Shown here: positions 7,055-16,074 of the stretch, in pieces | Layout of the letters: each line of letters opens with the position of its first letter | How positions within the stretch are numbered: the stretch's first letter is position 1 | IMG/VR virus record: IMGVR_UViG_3300021139_000017 | DNA length: 56,462 nt | Strand: one strand, 5' to 3' | Source of the DNA: a virus | Position numbers and translations under genes: made by a program | Notes under the pieces: model-generated | Databases searched by the model: none | Seen by the model: the letters and a program-made list of their open reading frames with translations, nothing else | Told to the model about the DNA's origin: nothing

Positions 7055-7378
7055 TTAATGAGAATGAATAAAGTAATGAATGGTTTCGACGGCGGCCGCA
7101 GTCAACGTGGCCGTGCCTACGATGATTGTTCCAAGCGTCGTAACTGCTTTAGCCATGCCCATGCCATTGTTTTTAACGTCTTCCAGCGCCCGCACCCTAG
7201 GCTCTAATGTGCCGCACGATCCCGGTGATGAGCATGGAGGATTTGCGTTAATATAAGCCTCTATTCTTGCAAACCGTTGAAGCAGTTCCTTGGTATCGCT
7301 ATGGATTTCTACCAAAGCAGGTTCGGCAACGCCGCGCCACGCTTTTAAGTTTGCCACCTCTTGCTGCATATCTTGCAT
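7055..7378 (-). CDS. coiled-coil protein with a C-terminal TM anchor (holin/antiholin/spanin-like candidate)
   Basis: The N-terminal part looks helical/coiled-coil. The C-terminus AVTTLGTIIVGTATLTAAAV is a single TM segment. Confidence 0.45.
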   Translation of the reverse strand: MQDMQQEVANLKAWRGVAEPALVEIHSDTKELLQRFARIEAYINANPPCSSPGSCGTLEPRVRALEDVKNNGMGMAKAVTTLGTIIVGTATLTAAAVETIHYFIHSH

Positions 7379-7382
7379 AGAT

Positions 7383-7739
7383 TTATTTCTGATTTACACC
7401 TAGCCCCGTCGGTGCAGGAAATTGAATTATTGGCATCATAAATTGGTTTGTATCAAACAAAATTGGGGTCGCCATGCTCGAGGCTTCTGCCCCATTCCCC
7501 CAAGTTGAGCAGATCGTCAACCAACTCCCATTAGGCACCTGCTGGATTGGGATGTTTGTTGTCCCGGTATTGCACGAACCAAACCAGTGATTTGTGGCTG
7601 TGTTGTTTGTTGGACACCAATAAGCAGCATAGCCATTAACTCCATTCGTCGCATCAGACTGCGATGGAACGAATCCAAGCGAAAAGCTTTGCCCCATTGT
7701 TTGAGCAGCGATTAGGATAAATAACAAAATGAATTTCAT
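7383..7739 (-). CDS. small secreted Cys-containing protein
   Basis: ATG at 7739 overlaps the upstream stop (ATGA). MKFILLFILIAAQTMGQS is a signal peptide. The mature part has 3 Cys and is N/T/G rich. Confidence 0.55.
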   Translation of the reverse strand: MKFILLFILIAAQTMGQSFSLGFVPSQSDATNGVNGYAAYWCPTNNTATNHWFGSCNTGTTNIPIQQVPNGSWLTICSTWGNGAEASSMATPILFDTNQFMMPIIQFPAPTGLGVNQK

Positions 7740-9400
7740 TGAATTTGAAGTAGCGCATTGGTTTTCCAAGGCGTAACCGTGAAAAGCCAATTATTCGAGC
7801 AAACAATTTTAACGACCCCAGGAACAGGTATAAAGTTGCTAGCGTTGTAGTTTGTCGCCAGTAAAGTTGTGGTGTTAGTTAATCCGCCACCATTTCCAAA
7901 GAATTGTTCACCGGCAGGTAATTGAAAGCCGTTTGTGGTTAAGGTTGCCACCAGATTGGTGGGAGTGGCCGCTGTGGCAATGAACCATTGCTCGCCGCTG
8001 TTGGTGTTGAAAATGTAGTTGCGCACCCAGCCTGGCGAGCTACCGATCGGCGTGTAAATGTAGCCCACGTCATTCGCATAACCGCCGGCATTGAAGTTGG
8101 TGTAGTTGGCCGAATTGTAATAAAATCCGAAATAATTCTGCACATCCGACGTGCTACCGGGCTGATTCAAATACCAACCCGTCTCGGACGCGCCGTTGGT
8201 GTTCAGGTTTTGAATGACCACCTGGACATAGGTGTTGGTATTCCCAAGAACCGTGAGCGCATTCTGAAAATTGTTGCTGATGGTGTTGAGAGCAATATTA
8301 GTCAGTCCGGCTCCGTTGCCGATGATTATACTGCCAGTGGCAATGACGAGATTTGAATTTATGGTGACGTTGTTCGTCGTAATATTGATTGATCCGAGCG
8401 GAGAATAGCCAAGATTGACGATATCTTGATTCTGGTCAGCTTGGAAAATGGAATTACCGCGCACGTCATTAACCAGCGTCAAACCCGTCCCGCTGAACTC
8501 AAGCGACGGTGGCTGTGCATTAATTCCAAGGATTGCGCCAAAATAGCCCGACACCGTGGAGTGATGGACATACATGACGTTTGTGTCTGCCAGAAAGAAA
8601 TTAGCCTCTGGAAAAATTACGGGTGTGCTATTGGACTGAACCAACCCCAGTGTTGTCGAGTTGGTGAAATAAACATTCGCCGAATAAAGCGCGGTTTGCG
8701 AATACCCTAAATAATCCTGCTCTGCCAGTTGCGTGTAATTCGTCCCAGCGTGCGTCAGCCAGTAGTTACCGCCAATCCAGTTTGTAAATTTGATGTTTTC
8801 ACCAACAAAAAAACCTGCCCCGGCATCATAGACCTGAACCCCAATTTGGTTTGTTATCGTGTAATAAATGTTTGTGACATAAGAGTCTTGGATCGGACCT
8901 GTTGTGGCCGTTATAAAAGAATATGGCGAAGAGACACTTGTTATTAAATTATTGTAGTAAAAAACCCCATTTAAGCCCGTTCCGGCCCAATTCATTGCGG
9001 TGATGCCATTCACCGTATCAGGCAAAGTGCCTGAAGGAATAAAGTAATTGGTTGTGCTGACGCTGTATGGCGTTGCCACAGTTACGGCAAAATTAATTCC
9101 AAGATGCTGATTGGTAAAAATCACCACGCCATTCGTCAATGCTGGATAATTTGCAACATTAAATGTTTTCGAATCACCTGGATACCAAACCCCTCCAACG
9201 ACCACGGATCCTGCCGCCGGCGCCACACTTACCGAGCGCACTAACGCCGGAAAACCTCCGGACAACGATCCGAAATAAAATGCCACATTGTTGCTTTGTG
9301 CGGATGAAATGACCGCGCCGGCCAAGAAGATGGCAAACGCGGAAGTGAATAAGAAGCACGCCTTAAATCGGCGTGATAATGGAAAGCGTCTGGCAGTCAT
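7736..9400 (-). CDS. tail-fibre-like protein (554 aa) with an RR-containing signal-peptide-like N-terminus
   Basis: N-terminus MTARRFPLSRRFKACFLFTSAFAIFLAGAVISSAQS. N/T/S/G-rich beta-type composition. GNGAGLTNI and GNGGGLTN motifs resemble the G-x-G-x-GLTN repeats of phage tail fibres. Confidence 0.6.
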   Translation of the reverse strand: MTARRFPLSRRFKACFLFTSAFAIFLAGAVISSAQSNNVAFYFGSLSGGFPALVRSVSVAPAAGSVVVGGVWYPGDSKTFNVANYPALTNGVVIFTNQHLGINFAVTVATPYSVSTTNYFIPSGTLPDTVNGITAMNWAGTGLNGVFYYNNLITSVSSPYSFITATTGPIQDSYVTNIYYTITNQIGVQVYDAGAGFFVGENIKFTNWIGGNYWLTHAGTNYTQLAEQDYLGYSQTALYSANVYFTNSTTLGLVQSNSTPVIFPEANFFLADTNVMYVHHSTVSGYFGAILGINAQPPSLEFSGTGLTLVNDVRGNSIFQADQNQDIVNLGYSPLGSINITTNNVTINSNLVIATGSIIIGNGAGLTNIALNTISNNFQNALTVLGNTNTYVQVVIQNLNTNGASETGWYLNQPGSTSDVQNYFGFYYNSANYTNFNAGGYANDVGYIYTPIGSSPGWVRNYIFNTNSGEQWFIATAATPTNLVATLTTNGFQLPAGEQFFGNGGGLTNTTTLLATNYNASNFIPVPGVVKIVCSNNWLFTVTPWKTNALLQIQ

Positions 9401-9426
9401 GCTATTAAACTTAAAAAGTCAATCCG

Positions 9427-10638
9427 TCACGGCCCCATCTGTTTCGTGTAAGTCGTAGTCCCGTTCGTCGAGCCGGTCAGGTAGAAAAATCCATTGCTGC
9501 ACCACATGCGGCCCCCCTTCTGATTTCCGAGGTCGGAGATTGTCGGCGTGTTGGTCTGCACCCAAAGGCTGAAAGCGTTGCCGATGGTCAATGGCGCGTA
9601 AAGGTTGGCCGTCGGGATGGCGGCTGTGCGCGGCCAAAAGAACATCTCCGGTTGCGTCGGGTAAATCGGAATGGTGAACGTGACTACACCGGCATTGGTT
9701 GAAATCGTGTAATTCGTGTAGGTCGTCCAGCCGTTCAACAACGACAGGTTTGTGCTGGATGAAATCACAAACGCTGACGGCAAATTTGTCTGCGGAATGG
9801 CCAAGAGCAAATTCGTCCCGGTGCCGTCAAGGCTCAACGAGTTGTAGAGCGTCACCGTCGGAAAGCCGATGTCGAAAGCCGTCCCGCCGAAGTGGCTGAC
9901 GATCTGGTGAAAATAACCGTTTGTGTCCGTGTTGTTTTGCCATTGGCCGGCAACCATGTTCTGCTCGGTCATGTCAACATAGTTTTTCGTCGCGGCATCC
10001 TGTGGCACAATCGGGTCACTGAACTGCGTGAACTGCCCATAGAATCCGTTTGTGCGGTTAATATATTCAGGGTGATCGACCGTCTGAATCACGACCGAGC
10101 CAAGCCCGCCGCCAGCGCCGACGACGGCCAGCGAATAAGTGTTTGTGACATTGACGTAATTCGTCAGCACGAACCACCCGGACGTTCCGTTTGTCGAAGC
10201 CCACACCTGCTCAAACACGTTTGTTGGAAAAGCCACGCCGCCGCCCCCAGCTTGGCCCGGCGAGAAGCTTAATTTCGTCCAACCGTTCGTGAACCGGCCC
10301 ACATAATTCGACGTGCCGAACGCCCAATAGTTTGACGAGAAGATTGTGAACTGCTGACTCGACAAAACGCTGTTGGATAGCGTCAGCACGGAATTGGTTG
10401 ACCCCCCGCCGCTGGATTGCGCCAGATTTGGTGACAGTGGATTCAACATCACCGCCCCGTTGGTATAAATGAAATCCACGGGCGAGAACCACATGTCAAT
10501 CGGATGGCCGTTTGCGTTCAGCACGCCGGGCGGCGTCACCGTCAGCACGGCGGACGGATAGTTCGTCGTGACGTTGAACGATTGCGAGTGCGCCAGCGCC
10601 AGCCAGCCGCACACAATGAGGATGAGGATGTTTTTCAT
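9427..10638 (-). CDS. tail fibre protein (403 aa) with a signal-peptide-like N-terminus
   Basis: ATG at 10638 gives MKNILILIVCGWLALAHSQS. The internal motif DPIVPQDAATKNYVD is the classic tail-fibre (P..DAATK.YVD) motif. Confidence 0.65.
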   Translation of the reverse strand: MKNILILIVCGWLALAHSQSFNVTTNYPSAVLTVTPPGVLNANGHPIDMWFSPVDFIYTNGAVMLNPLSPNLAQSSGGGSTNSVLTLSNSVLSSQQFTIFSSNYWAFGTSNYVGRFTNGWTKLSFSPGQAGGGGVAFPTNVFEQVWASTNGTSGWFVLTNYVNVTNTYSLAVVGAGGGLGSVVIQTVDHPEYINRTNGFYGQFTQFSDPIVPQDAATKNYVDMTEQNMVAGQWQNNTDTNGYFHQIVSHFGGTAFDIGFPTVTLYNSLSLDGTGTNLLLAIPQTNLPSAFVISSSTNLSLLNGWTTYTNYTISTNAGVVTFTIPIYPTQPEMFFWPRTAAIPTANLYAPLTIGNAFSLWVQTNTPTISDLGNQKGGRMWCSNGFFYLTGSTNGTTTYTKQMGP

Positions 10639-10645
10639 AATAGTG

Positions 10646-12979
10646 TCAGTAAAAGGTGACGGAGCCGTAAAACGAGCGGGTCTTGCACGTTTCGCATTCG
10701 CCCTGAATCTCGGTCGAAATCCATTGCGTTGTGTCAGACCAGCCAAATGAAGTGATACAGCGGTTGTTGATGATTTCCGACACGCTGCCATCGGTGTGAA
10801 TTTCCAGACGATTCGGCGGCAACGCGGGCTTTTGGCCGATGGTTGGCGGGATGGTTGGCGGCGGCACAGTGATTTGAATTGGATTGTCATTGAACATCCG
10901 CCGCGCTTGATCCACGGCCTGCCACATGCCGTAACCGTTGGCCAAAGTTTTGCAGACACCATTCAGCGTGAAGGAAATGTAGGGAGGACAATTCGCGGGC
11001 GGCGGCACAGGCGGCGGCGGCGAGTTTGTGCCAGGCGTCGGCGTGTAAGGCGGCGGATTCGTTGCCGGAGCCTCGATGACGTAGGTGAACTGGTAGGAGC
11101 CGGGCGGCGTCCCGTAAATGGCCCCGTTCGGCCCGATATACCACCAACTCGTGTTGGTCGTGGTGAACATCACTTGCGAGTAAGGATTTCCAATTAAACC
11201 GTAGCCAATCCAGTTAGCATTGTTGGAAATTGCAAACCAAGTGTTAGATGGCGGAATCATCGTAACATTGGTTACATAGGGTGAAGCTCCAACACTGCCC
11301 GTCAATGTGATGGTTTCATTCGTCAATGGTAGAATGGTGACATTGTTGGTCAGTGCGTAATAAAACCACCACGCATTCGAGTTGTAGAGTGCCCAGCAAG
11401 TGATGTAGGAATACTGGTTCGTCAACGTGCTGTTGGTGTAAATCAGATAGGCCGTGTCAATCGGCAGAAAAACCGATGAGCGATTGCCGGTCGGATTGGT
11501 GACGATGATGGACGAAACCTGCCAGTTGTAATTCGTGGACATGGCCGCGAGCTTCAACACTTCCCCGCACGCGTTGGTGAATGAACCCAGCCCCCATTGC
11601 GGCGACGGATAAAATGGCCCGCTGTTGTTCGGACACGTCGGCCCACCCATGACGAAGCCGCAAGCGTTGGTGTAAATGAGCGAAAGAAAGTTTGTGCCAT
11701 ACTGGTTGACGACAGGCGGAATGTTCGTGTCGAGGATGTAAGGGCCGGCAATGTTTGTGCAGCCCGGCAGATAAATCGCGTTGCTGTAATTGATGAAGCC
11801 GCACGCATTCGTGTAGGCATTCGCGGCAATGTTCGTGTTCAAATAATACGGCGGTGCCATGTTGGTGCAGCCGGGATTGAACACCTTGTTGGACACGCTC
11901 ACGAAACCACACGCATTCGTGTAGAGGTTGTTCGTCCAAAGCAGATACGGCGGCAGACCGTTCGTGCAAGCCGGATTCGTGCTGGTGAGGATGAAGCCGC
12001 ACGCATTGGTGAACAACCCCGTGCCAAGATTCGTCGCCGCGAAATACGGTGGCCCGGCGTTCGTGCAAATCGTCGGGTAAGGATTCGTGAACGTCGTCAC
12101 CGTCATGTTGCTCGACAGAACGAATCCGCAAGCGTTCGTGTAGAGATTATTCGTCCAGAACCAAAACGGCCCGGCAGAGTTCGTGCAAGTTACCGGGAAA
12201 AAATTCGTGTAGCCCGCAATGCCGTTGGTCAACATCGCCATGCCGTTCGCGTTGGTCACAACACCCGCGCCGATGCCGGGCGCGGCGAAATACGGCCCCG
12301 CCGTGTTCGTGCTCGATGCCGGATTCAGAATCAGCGCGGACTGCCCGCAATCGTTCGTGAAATGAAAACCGTCCACCGAATACCAGCCATCCGGGCAGTT
12401 GGTCGGCGCGGGAAAGCTGATGCCGCCAAGACTGGTGATCGGATAAAACGGATTCGTGCTGGTGAGCGTGAACGTGTTGGAGATCGTCAAGTTGCTGCCG
12501 ACGCCGTTCGTGATGGTCAGATAATTCGTGCCCGCACTTCCACCCGGCCCGCCCACCGTCGCGGCGATGTTTGTCATCAGCGTCAGCAACGTCGAGTTCG
12601 TCGGTGCGTTGGCGCTGACGATTGAGCCGATGGCCGCAGAACCAGCCGAGGAAAATGTGTTCGCTGCCGACAGCCCAATGACGACGCCATTGAGCCAGAA
12701 GTTTGTCAGGCCGGACGGCGGCGGGTTGGTGGCAATCCAGTTGTTGAGCCAAGCCCAGTTGCCATTAATGTCCAACTGCGTTTGGTGCAACGATTCGCCC
12801 ACCGTAACCGAATTGGTCTTGGTGTTCGTCGCCGCGCCGTTGGTGACTACGCCGGGAATGGTGATGCTCGACGTGGTGACATTCGTTGTGGTGTAGATCG
12901 TCGTCGTGTCGAGGTTGGTGAGTTGGGCGCGAGCCGTCATCACCAGCATCAAGAGTGTCAGGATGGATTTTGTTTTCAT
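10646..12979 (-). CDS. fibre-like protein (777 aa) with a signal peptide and about 8 Cys-pair repeats
   Basis: ATG at 12979, 4 nt after the upstream stop, gives MKTKSILTLLMLVMTARAQ. Internal repeats end in (Y/F)TNACGF. A Pro-rich stretch PPPYTPTPGTNSPPPPVPPP lies near the C-terminus. The upstream 115 codons of the track ORF overlap the previous gene and are rejected. Confidence 0.65.
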   Translation of the reverse strand: MKTKSILTLLMLVMTARAQLTNLDTTTIYTTTNVTTSSITIPGVVTNGAATNTKTNSVTVGESLHQTQLDINGNWAWLNNWIATNPPPSGLTNFWLNGVVIGLSAANTFSSAGSAAIGSIVSANAPTNSTLLTLMTNIAATVGGPGGSAGTNYLTITNGVGSNLTISNTFTLTSTNPFYPITSLGGISFPAPTNCPDGWYSVDGFHFTNDCGQSALILNPASSTNTAGPYFAAPGIGAGVVTNANGMAMLTNGIAGYTNFFPVTCTNSAGPFWFWTNNLYTNACGFVLSSNMTVTTFTNPYPTICTNAGPPYFAATNLGTGLFTNACGFILTSTNPACTNGLPPYLLWTNNLYTNACGFVSVSNKVFNPGCTNMAPPYYLNTNIAANAYTNACGFINYSNAIYLPGCTNIAGPYILDTNIPPVVNQYGTNFLSLIYTNACGFVMGGPTCPNNSGPFYPSPQWGLGSFTNACGEVLKLAAMSTNYNWQVSSIIVTNPTGNRSSVFLPIDTAYLIYTNSTLTNQYSYITCWALYNSNAWWFYYALTNNVTILPLTNETITLTGSVGASPYVTNVTMIPPSNTWFAISNNANWIGYGLIGNPYSQVMFTTTNTSWWYIGPNGAIYGTPPGSYQFTYVIEAPATNPPPYTPTPGTNSPPPPVPPPANCPPYISFTLNGVCKTLANGYGMWQAVDQARRMFNDNPIQITVPPPTIPPTIGQKPALPPNRLEIHTDGSVSEIINNRCITSFGWSDTTQWISTEIQGECETCKTRSFYGSVTFY

Positions 12980-12983
12980 AATT

Positions 12984-15695
12984 TTAGGAGCCGTCGGGAA
13001 CGCCGAGCAGCAAGAGCGAGTTTTCCAGATCGTTGAAGATTTCAACGGACATCGGGAATTGAGTTTTGGAAACCACCATTTGCCCCGGATACGACAGGCT
13101 GTTGAATGGATAGTTGGCCAGATGGCGGCTGAAAAAGTTGACGAACGCGCCGCAGTATTCAAACGCCGTCGGACTGTAACCGCCGTTGCCGAAGCCGTAT
13201 TGTTGCGCGTGGAAAAGCGGTTGCCAGTTCGCCAGCACTTCCAGAATGATTTGCGTGTTTGCCTGATAAACGATTTCCGTCCCGGCCAACACCGGCCAGA
13301 ACACCGAGACGTTTCCCGTGTCACGGCCCGCTGCCGGAATGGTAATGGTGAACGGACTCACGCCATCGGCCTTGAAGAATGGTTCAAACACCAGCGAGCC
13401 GTCCCACGCCAGCCGGTTCTGCCCCACGGTGACGACGATGGCCGCGCCGCTGGTTGGCGTTACCATGATTCCGTCCGTGTTCGCCACGGGCAGACGCCGG
13501 GCGCACAGATTGAAAATGCAGTAGCCGTTTTGCGGGATTGGCTTCTGCCCCCCGGTTAGTGCCGTGTAGCCGATGTCCACCCGCGCATTCCCCGTCAGGC
13601 AATTACTGAAAGGCTCATTCGCCAGCGGGAAGTATTGCCGCGCCGGAGCCGCCGAAAAATCCATCTCGACGACGATGGCAAACGACACCGCCACGCCGTT
13701 CGTGTTCTGGATCGTGAATCGGAAATCACCAAGCCCATTGATGATGTTTTGCAGATAGTTCGCGCCGCCCGCGTTCGGAATGACCACGGAGTTACCCGCC
13801 GCAATCACGAAATCGTAAGTCGCCGGGTTCGCCGGATTCGGCCACCCAGCTTTCGTGCTGACAAAGATTTTCAGATTGGATGCCAGCGCGGTGCCCGCGC
13901 TTAACTGGCCATTAACCCAGCCGAGTCCTGGCGTTCCGGGTTGAACCAACGTCAGCTTGATCCCCACGCAAGTAGATGCGGCCACAAAACCGAAGTCCGA
14001 AAACGAATAGTTGTTGGATGCCCCGGCCAAAAGCGTCTGGCTGGCACTGGTGTTGAGGCGCGACTGATAGTTTGAACCGAGATTGAACGGGACAAAATCC
14101 GTATCCCGCAACACCGCCCACGTCGCCGCCTGTGTCTGGCACGACTGATTGATGATGTTGAAATAATGCTCGCCCGAATCGTAAGCCACGCCGCCGATGG
14201 TGAGGTAGTATTCGCCACGGTCGAACAGCGTCATTTGCCGCATCGAGCTTGCTTGAATCGGAAAGAACGCCGGAACTGGATTGTCGAGATAGTCCGGCAA
14301 CAGATTGAACAGACCCGGCGAGCCTGCCACACCGCCGCCGCTGCTACCGTAGCCGCTGACGTATGGCGGAATGTCGTTGTCGAGAAAAACATTCAGCCCC
14401 GGCGTCGGCAACGTCATCGCCACCCAGACGCCTTTGACGGTCGCGTCCGACAACTGCCAGAATGAGCCGTGCGCCGTGCCGTTGAGCGTGAACGCCGCGC
14501 CGACACCCGGCCCCGTGATGGCGTAGCCGTTTGAGCCGGGATGCACCACGTTGACAGGTTTGAACGCCGCCGTGCTGCCAAAGCTCAATGACGAGGTGTA
14601 GGCGGCATAAACTCCCACCAATGGATAGGGATTTGAATTGAGCGTGTAACCCGCCGCTGGATTGGCAGTCAGCGTGATTGTGCCGCTGCCCGGCGCAATG
14701 ACCGTCGTGAAGCTCGCCACCAAAAGAAAGTTGCCCGGTGAAACGGTCTGCGTCGTCCAGACTGGCGCGACTCCGATTGCCGACGGAGTGAACGCCGCCG
14801 CCGCGGGCAATGCCGCGCCCGTGAAGCCCCACGACACTGTAACCGTCCAAGTGCCTTCCGTGTCGGCAACGTAATTCAACGTCGCCGTCTGCGCCACCCC
14901 AGCCGTTGCGCCGGTCAAAAGTTGGCCGCTGGCATTTCTGCCGGCTGAAACCGAGAACCCTGGCTTGGCATCCGCCGCCGCGTAATAAAACTGCACGTTC
15001 TTGAAAACCGTCATGCCGCCGTAATCGCCGAGCAACTGCCCTTGGACGGTCTGCGGGAATGTCACCGGATCGTTGACGCCGACACACCAAGGCCCGCTCA
15101 AAACCGCCGCTGGCGTCAAATACAGCCCGGCATTGATTGGCACACCGGCATTCGCCCCAAAGAGCAGCGTCCAGTAATCGCCCCGGATGCGGTTCAATTC
15201 CTGCCGCCAGTTTTTCAGGTTGAGTTGCACCGAAGCCGTCACCGGCAGGTAAGGCGTCCCGTGCAGAATCGCCGACGTGCAACCGTAGGACTGGATAAAT
15301 TCGCCGCCCGGATTGGCGTCCGCGTTGTTGTAATAAAACGAATTGCCGGATGATGTCGGAAACGTAATGCCCGAACCCGCCGCCGCTTCGTTCGCTCCCG
15401 CCGTCCAGTTGTAAAACCGCTGTGCGAGAACGGCCAGCGTGTAATTGCCGCTGCCGTCATACGTCGCACCGGGCGGAACGAGATTGATGCTCAACGTGCC
15501 GTTGCCGAAGTTATAGGCCGGTTGCGGATAAACCAGCGTCGTCTGGTTGGCGTCAACGAAGTAGTCGAACGACTGCGAAATCGGCCAAGTTCCGGCCCAG
15601 ATAGCCGCATCCACAAGCGGTTTCAAAACCTGATTGGCCAAGGCCGCGAGTCCGGCAAAGTCGTTTTGCGAGATGATGGCTCCGCGCGTTGGCAT
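12984..15695 (-). CDS. large baseplate/central-fibre (Tal-position) structural protein, 903 aa
   Basis: Long ORF in the tail module downstream of the tape measure and the Dit-position gene. No signal peptide. No specific motif recognised. Confidence 0.55.
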   Translation of the reverse strand: MPTRGAIISQNDFAGLAALANQVLKPLVDAAIWAGTWPISQSFDYFVDANQTTLVYPQPAYNFGNGTLSINLVPPGATYDGSGNYTLAVLAQRFYNWTAGANEAAAGSGITFPTSSGNSFYYNNADANPGGEFIQSYGCTSAILHGTPYLPVTASVQLNLKNWRQELNRIRGDYWTLLFGANAGVPINAGLYLTPAAVLSGPWCVGVNDPVTFPQTVQGQLLGDYGGMTVFKNVQFYYAAADAKPGFSVSAGRNASGQLLTGATAGVAQTATLNYVADTEGTWTVTVSWGFTGAALPAAAAFTPSAIGVAPVWTTQTVSPGNFLLVASFTTVIAPGSGTITLTANPAAGYTLNSNPYPLVGVYAAYTSSLSFGSTAAFKPVNVVHPGSNGYAITGPGVGAAFTLNGTAHGSFWQLSDATVKGVWVAMTLPTPGLNVFLDNDIPPYVSGYGSSGGGVAGSPGLFNLLPDYLDNPVPAFFPIQASSMRQMTLFDRGEYYLTIGGVAYDSGEHYFNIINQSCQTQAATWAVLRDTDFVPFNLGSNYQSRLNTSASQTLLAGASNNYSFSDFGFVAASTCVGIKLTLVQPGTPGLGWVNGQLSAGTALASNLKIFVSTKAGWPNPANPATYDFVIAAGNSVVIPNAGGANYLQNIINGLGDFRFTIQNTNGVAVSFAIVVEMDFSAAPARQYFPLANEPFSNCLTGNARVDIGYTALTGGQKPIPQNGYCIFNLCARRLPVANTDGIMVTPTSGAAIVVTVGQNRLAWDGSLVFEPFFKADGVSPFTITIPAAGRDTGNVSVFWPVLAGTEIVYQANTQIILEVLANWQPLFHAQQYGFGNGGYSPTAFEYCGAFVNFFSRHLANYPFNSLSYPGQMVVSKTQFPMSVEIFNDLENSLLLLGVPDGS

Positions 15696-15698
15696 GGG

Positions 15699-16073
15699 TC
15701 ACATCCAGACGCCGGTTGTGGTTCCCATCGGCAACTGCATCCAGAAATTATTGCCCACCCACGGCGGCTGATTCGGCGTCGTCACGCTGGTAATCCGAAC
15801 GTATGTGCCCGCGTTCGCACCCAAACTGACGATGCAGATGTCCCCAAGATTGTAGTTTTTGGTGGGATTGTATTCGCCGGTGATTGGAAGCGACAAATGC
15901 TGTGAAATATTCGGGCTTTTAACGTGGAATCTTGTTCCGCGAGTCGTCTGTTCAACTTTGACTGTCTGAGAATCAAAAAACTGCAATTCATCCAGCCGGC
16001 CCAAATTGCGATTAATAAAATCGCTCATTGCATCGTTTCCTGAAGCATCTTTGCTGTTATTTTTCGATCTCAT
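15699..16073 (-). CDS. tail/baseplate-module hypothetical protein (124 aa)
   Basis: ATG at 16073, 1 nt after the upstream stop. The longer track ORF would overlap the upstream gene. Confidence 0.45.
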   Translation of the reverse strand: MRSKNNSKDASGNDAMSDFINRNLGRLDELQFFDSQTVKVEQTTRGTRFHVKSPNISQHLSLPITGEYNPTKNYNLGDICIVSLGANAGTYVRITSVTTPNQPPWVGNNFWMQLPMGTTTGVWM

Positions 16074-16074
16074 A

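Noticed and set aside
11597-12625. 342-aa plus-strand ORF antisense to the 777-aa fibre-like gene
   Set aside because: It is extremely Arg-rich (RRR/RIR runs), which is typical of the reverse complement of N/T/S/G-rich coding sequence. It has no start context or neighbours on that strand.
10646-13324. Full 892-aa version of the fibre-like ORF (and similarly the 511-aa version of 9427-10962)
   Set aside because: The N-terminal extensions overlap the preceding genes in another frame and are Arg/Ser/Cys-rich. ATGs that directly follow the upstream stops (12979 and 10638) yield canonical signal peptides.
14344-15282. 312-aa alternative-frame ORF inside the 903-aa tail gene, plus several 60-130-aa ORFs in the 13.0-15.9 kb region
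   Set aside because: Arg/Gly/His-rich composition. The ORFs are wholly embedded in a long, uninterrupted structural ORF and are a by-product of GC-rich codon usage.
7383-15695. Diversity-generating retroelement or phase-variable invertase acting on the fibre genes
   Set aside because: No reverse transcriptase, template/variable repeat pair or invertase gene was found anywhere in the genome.
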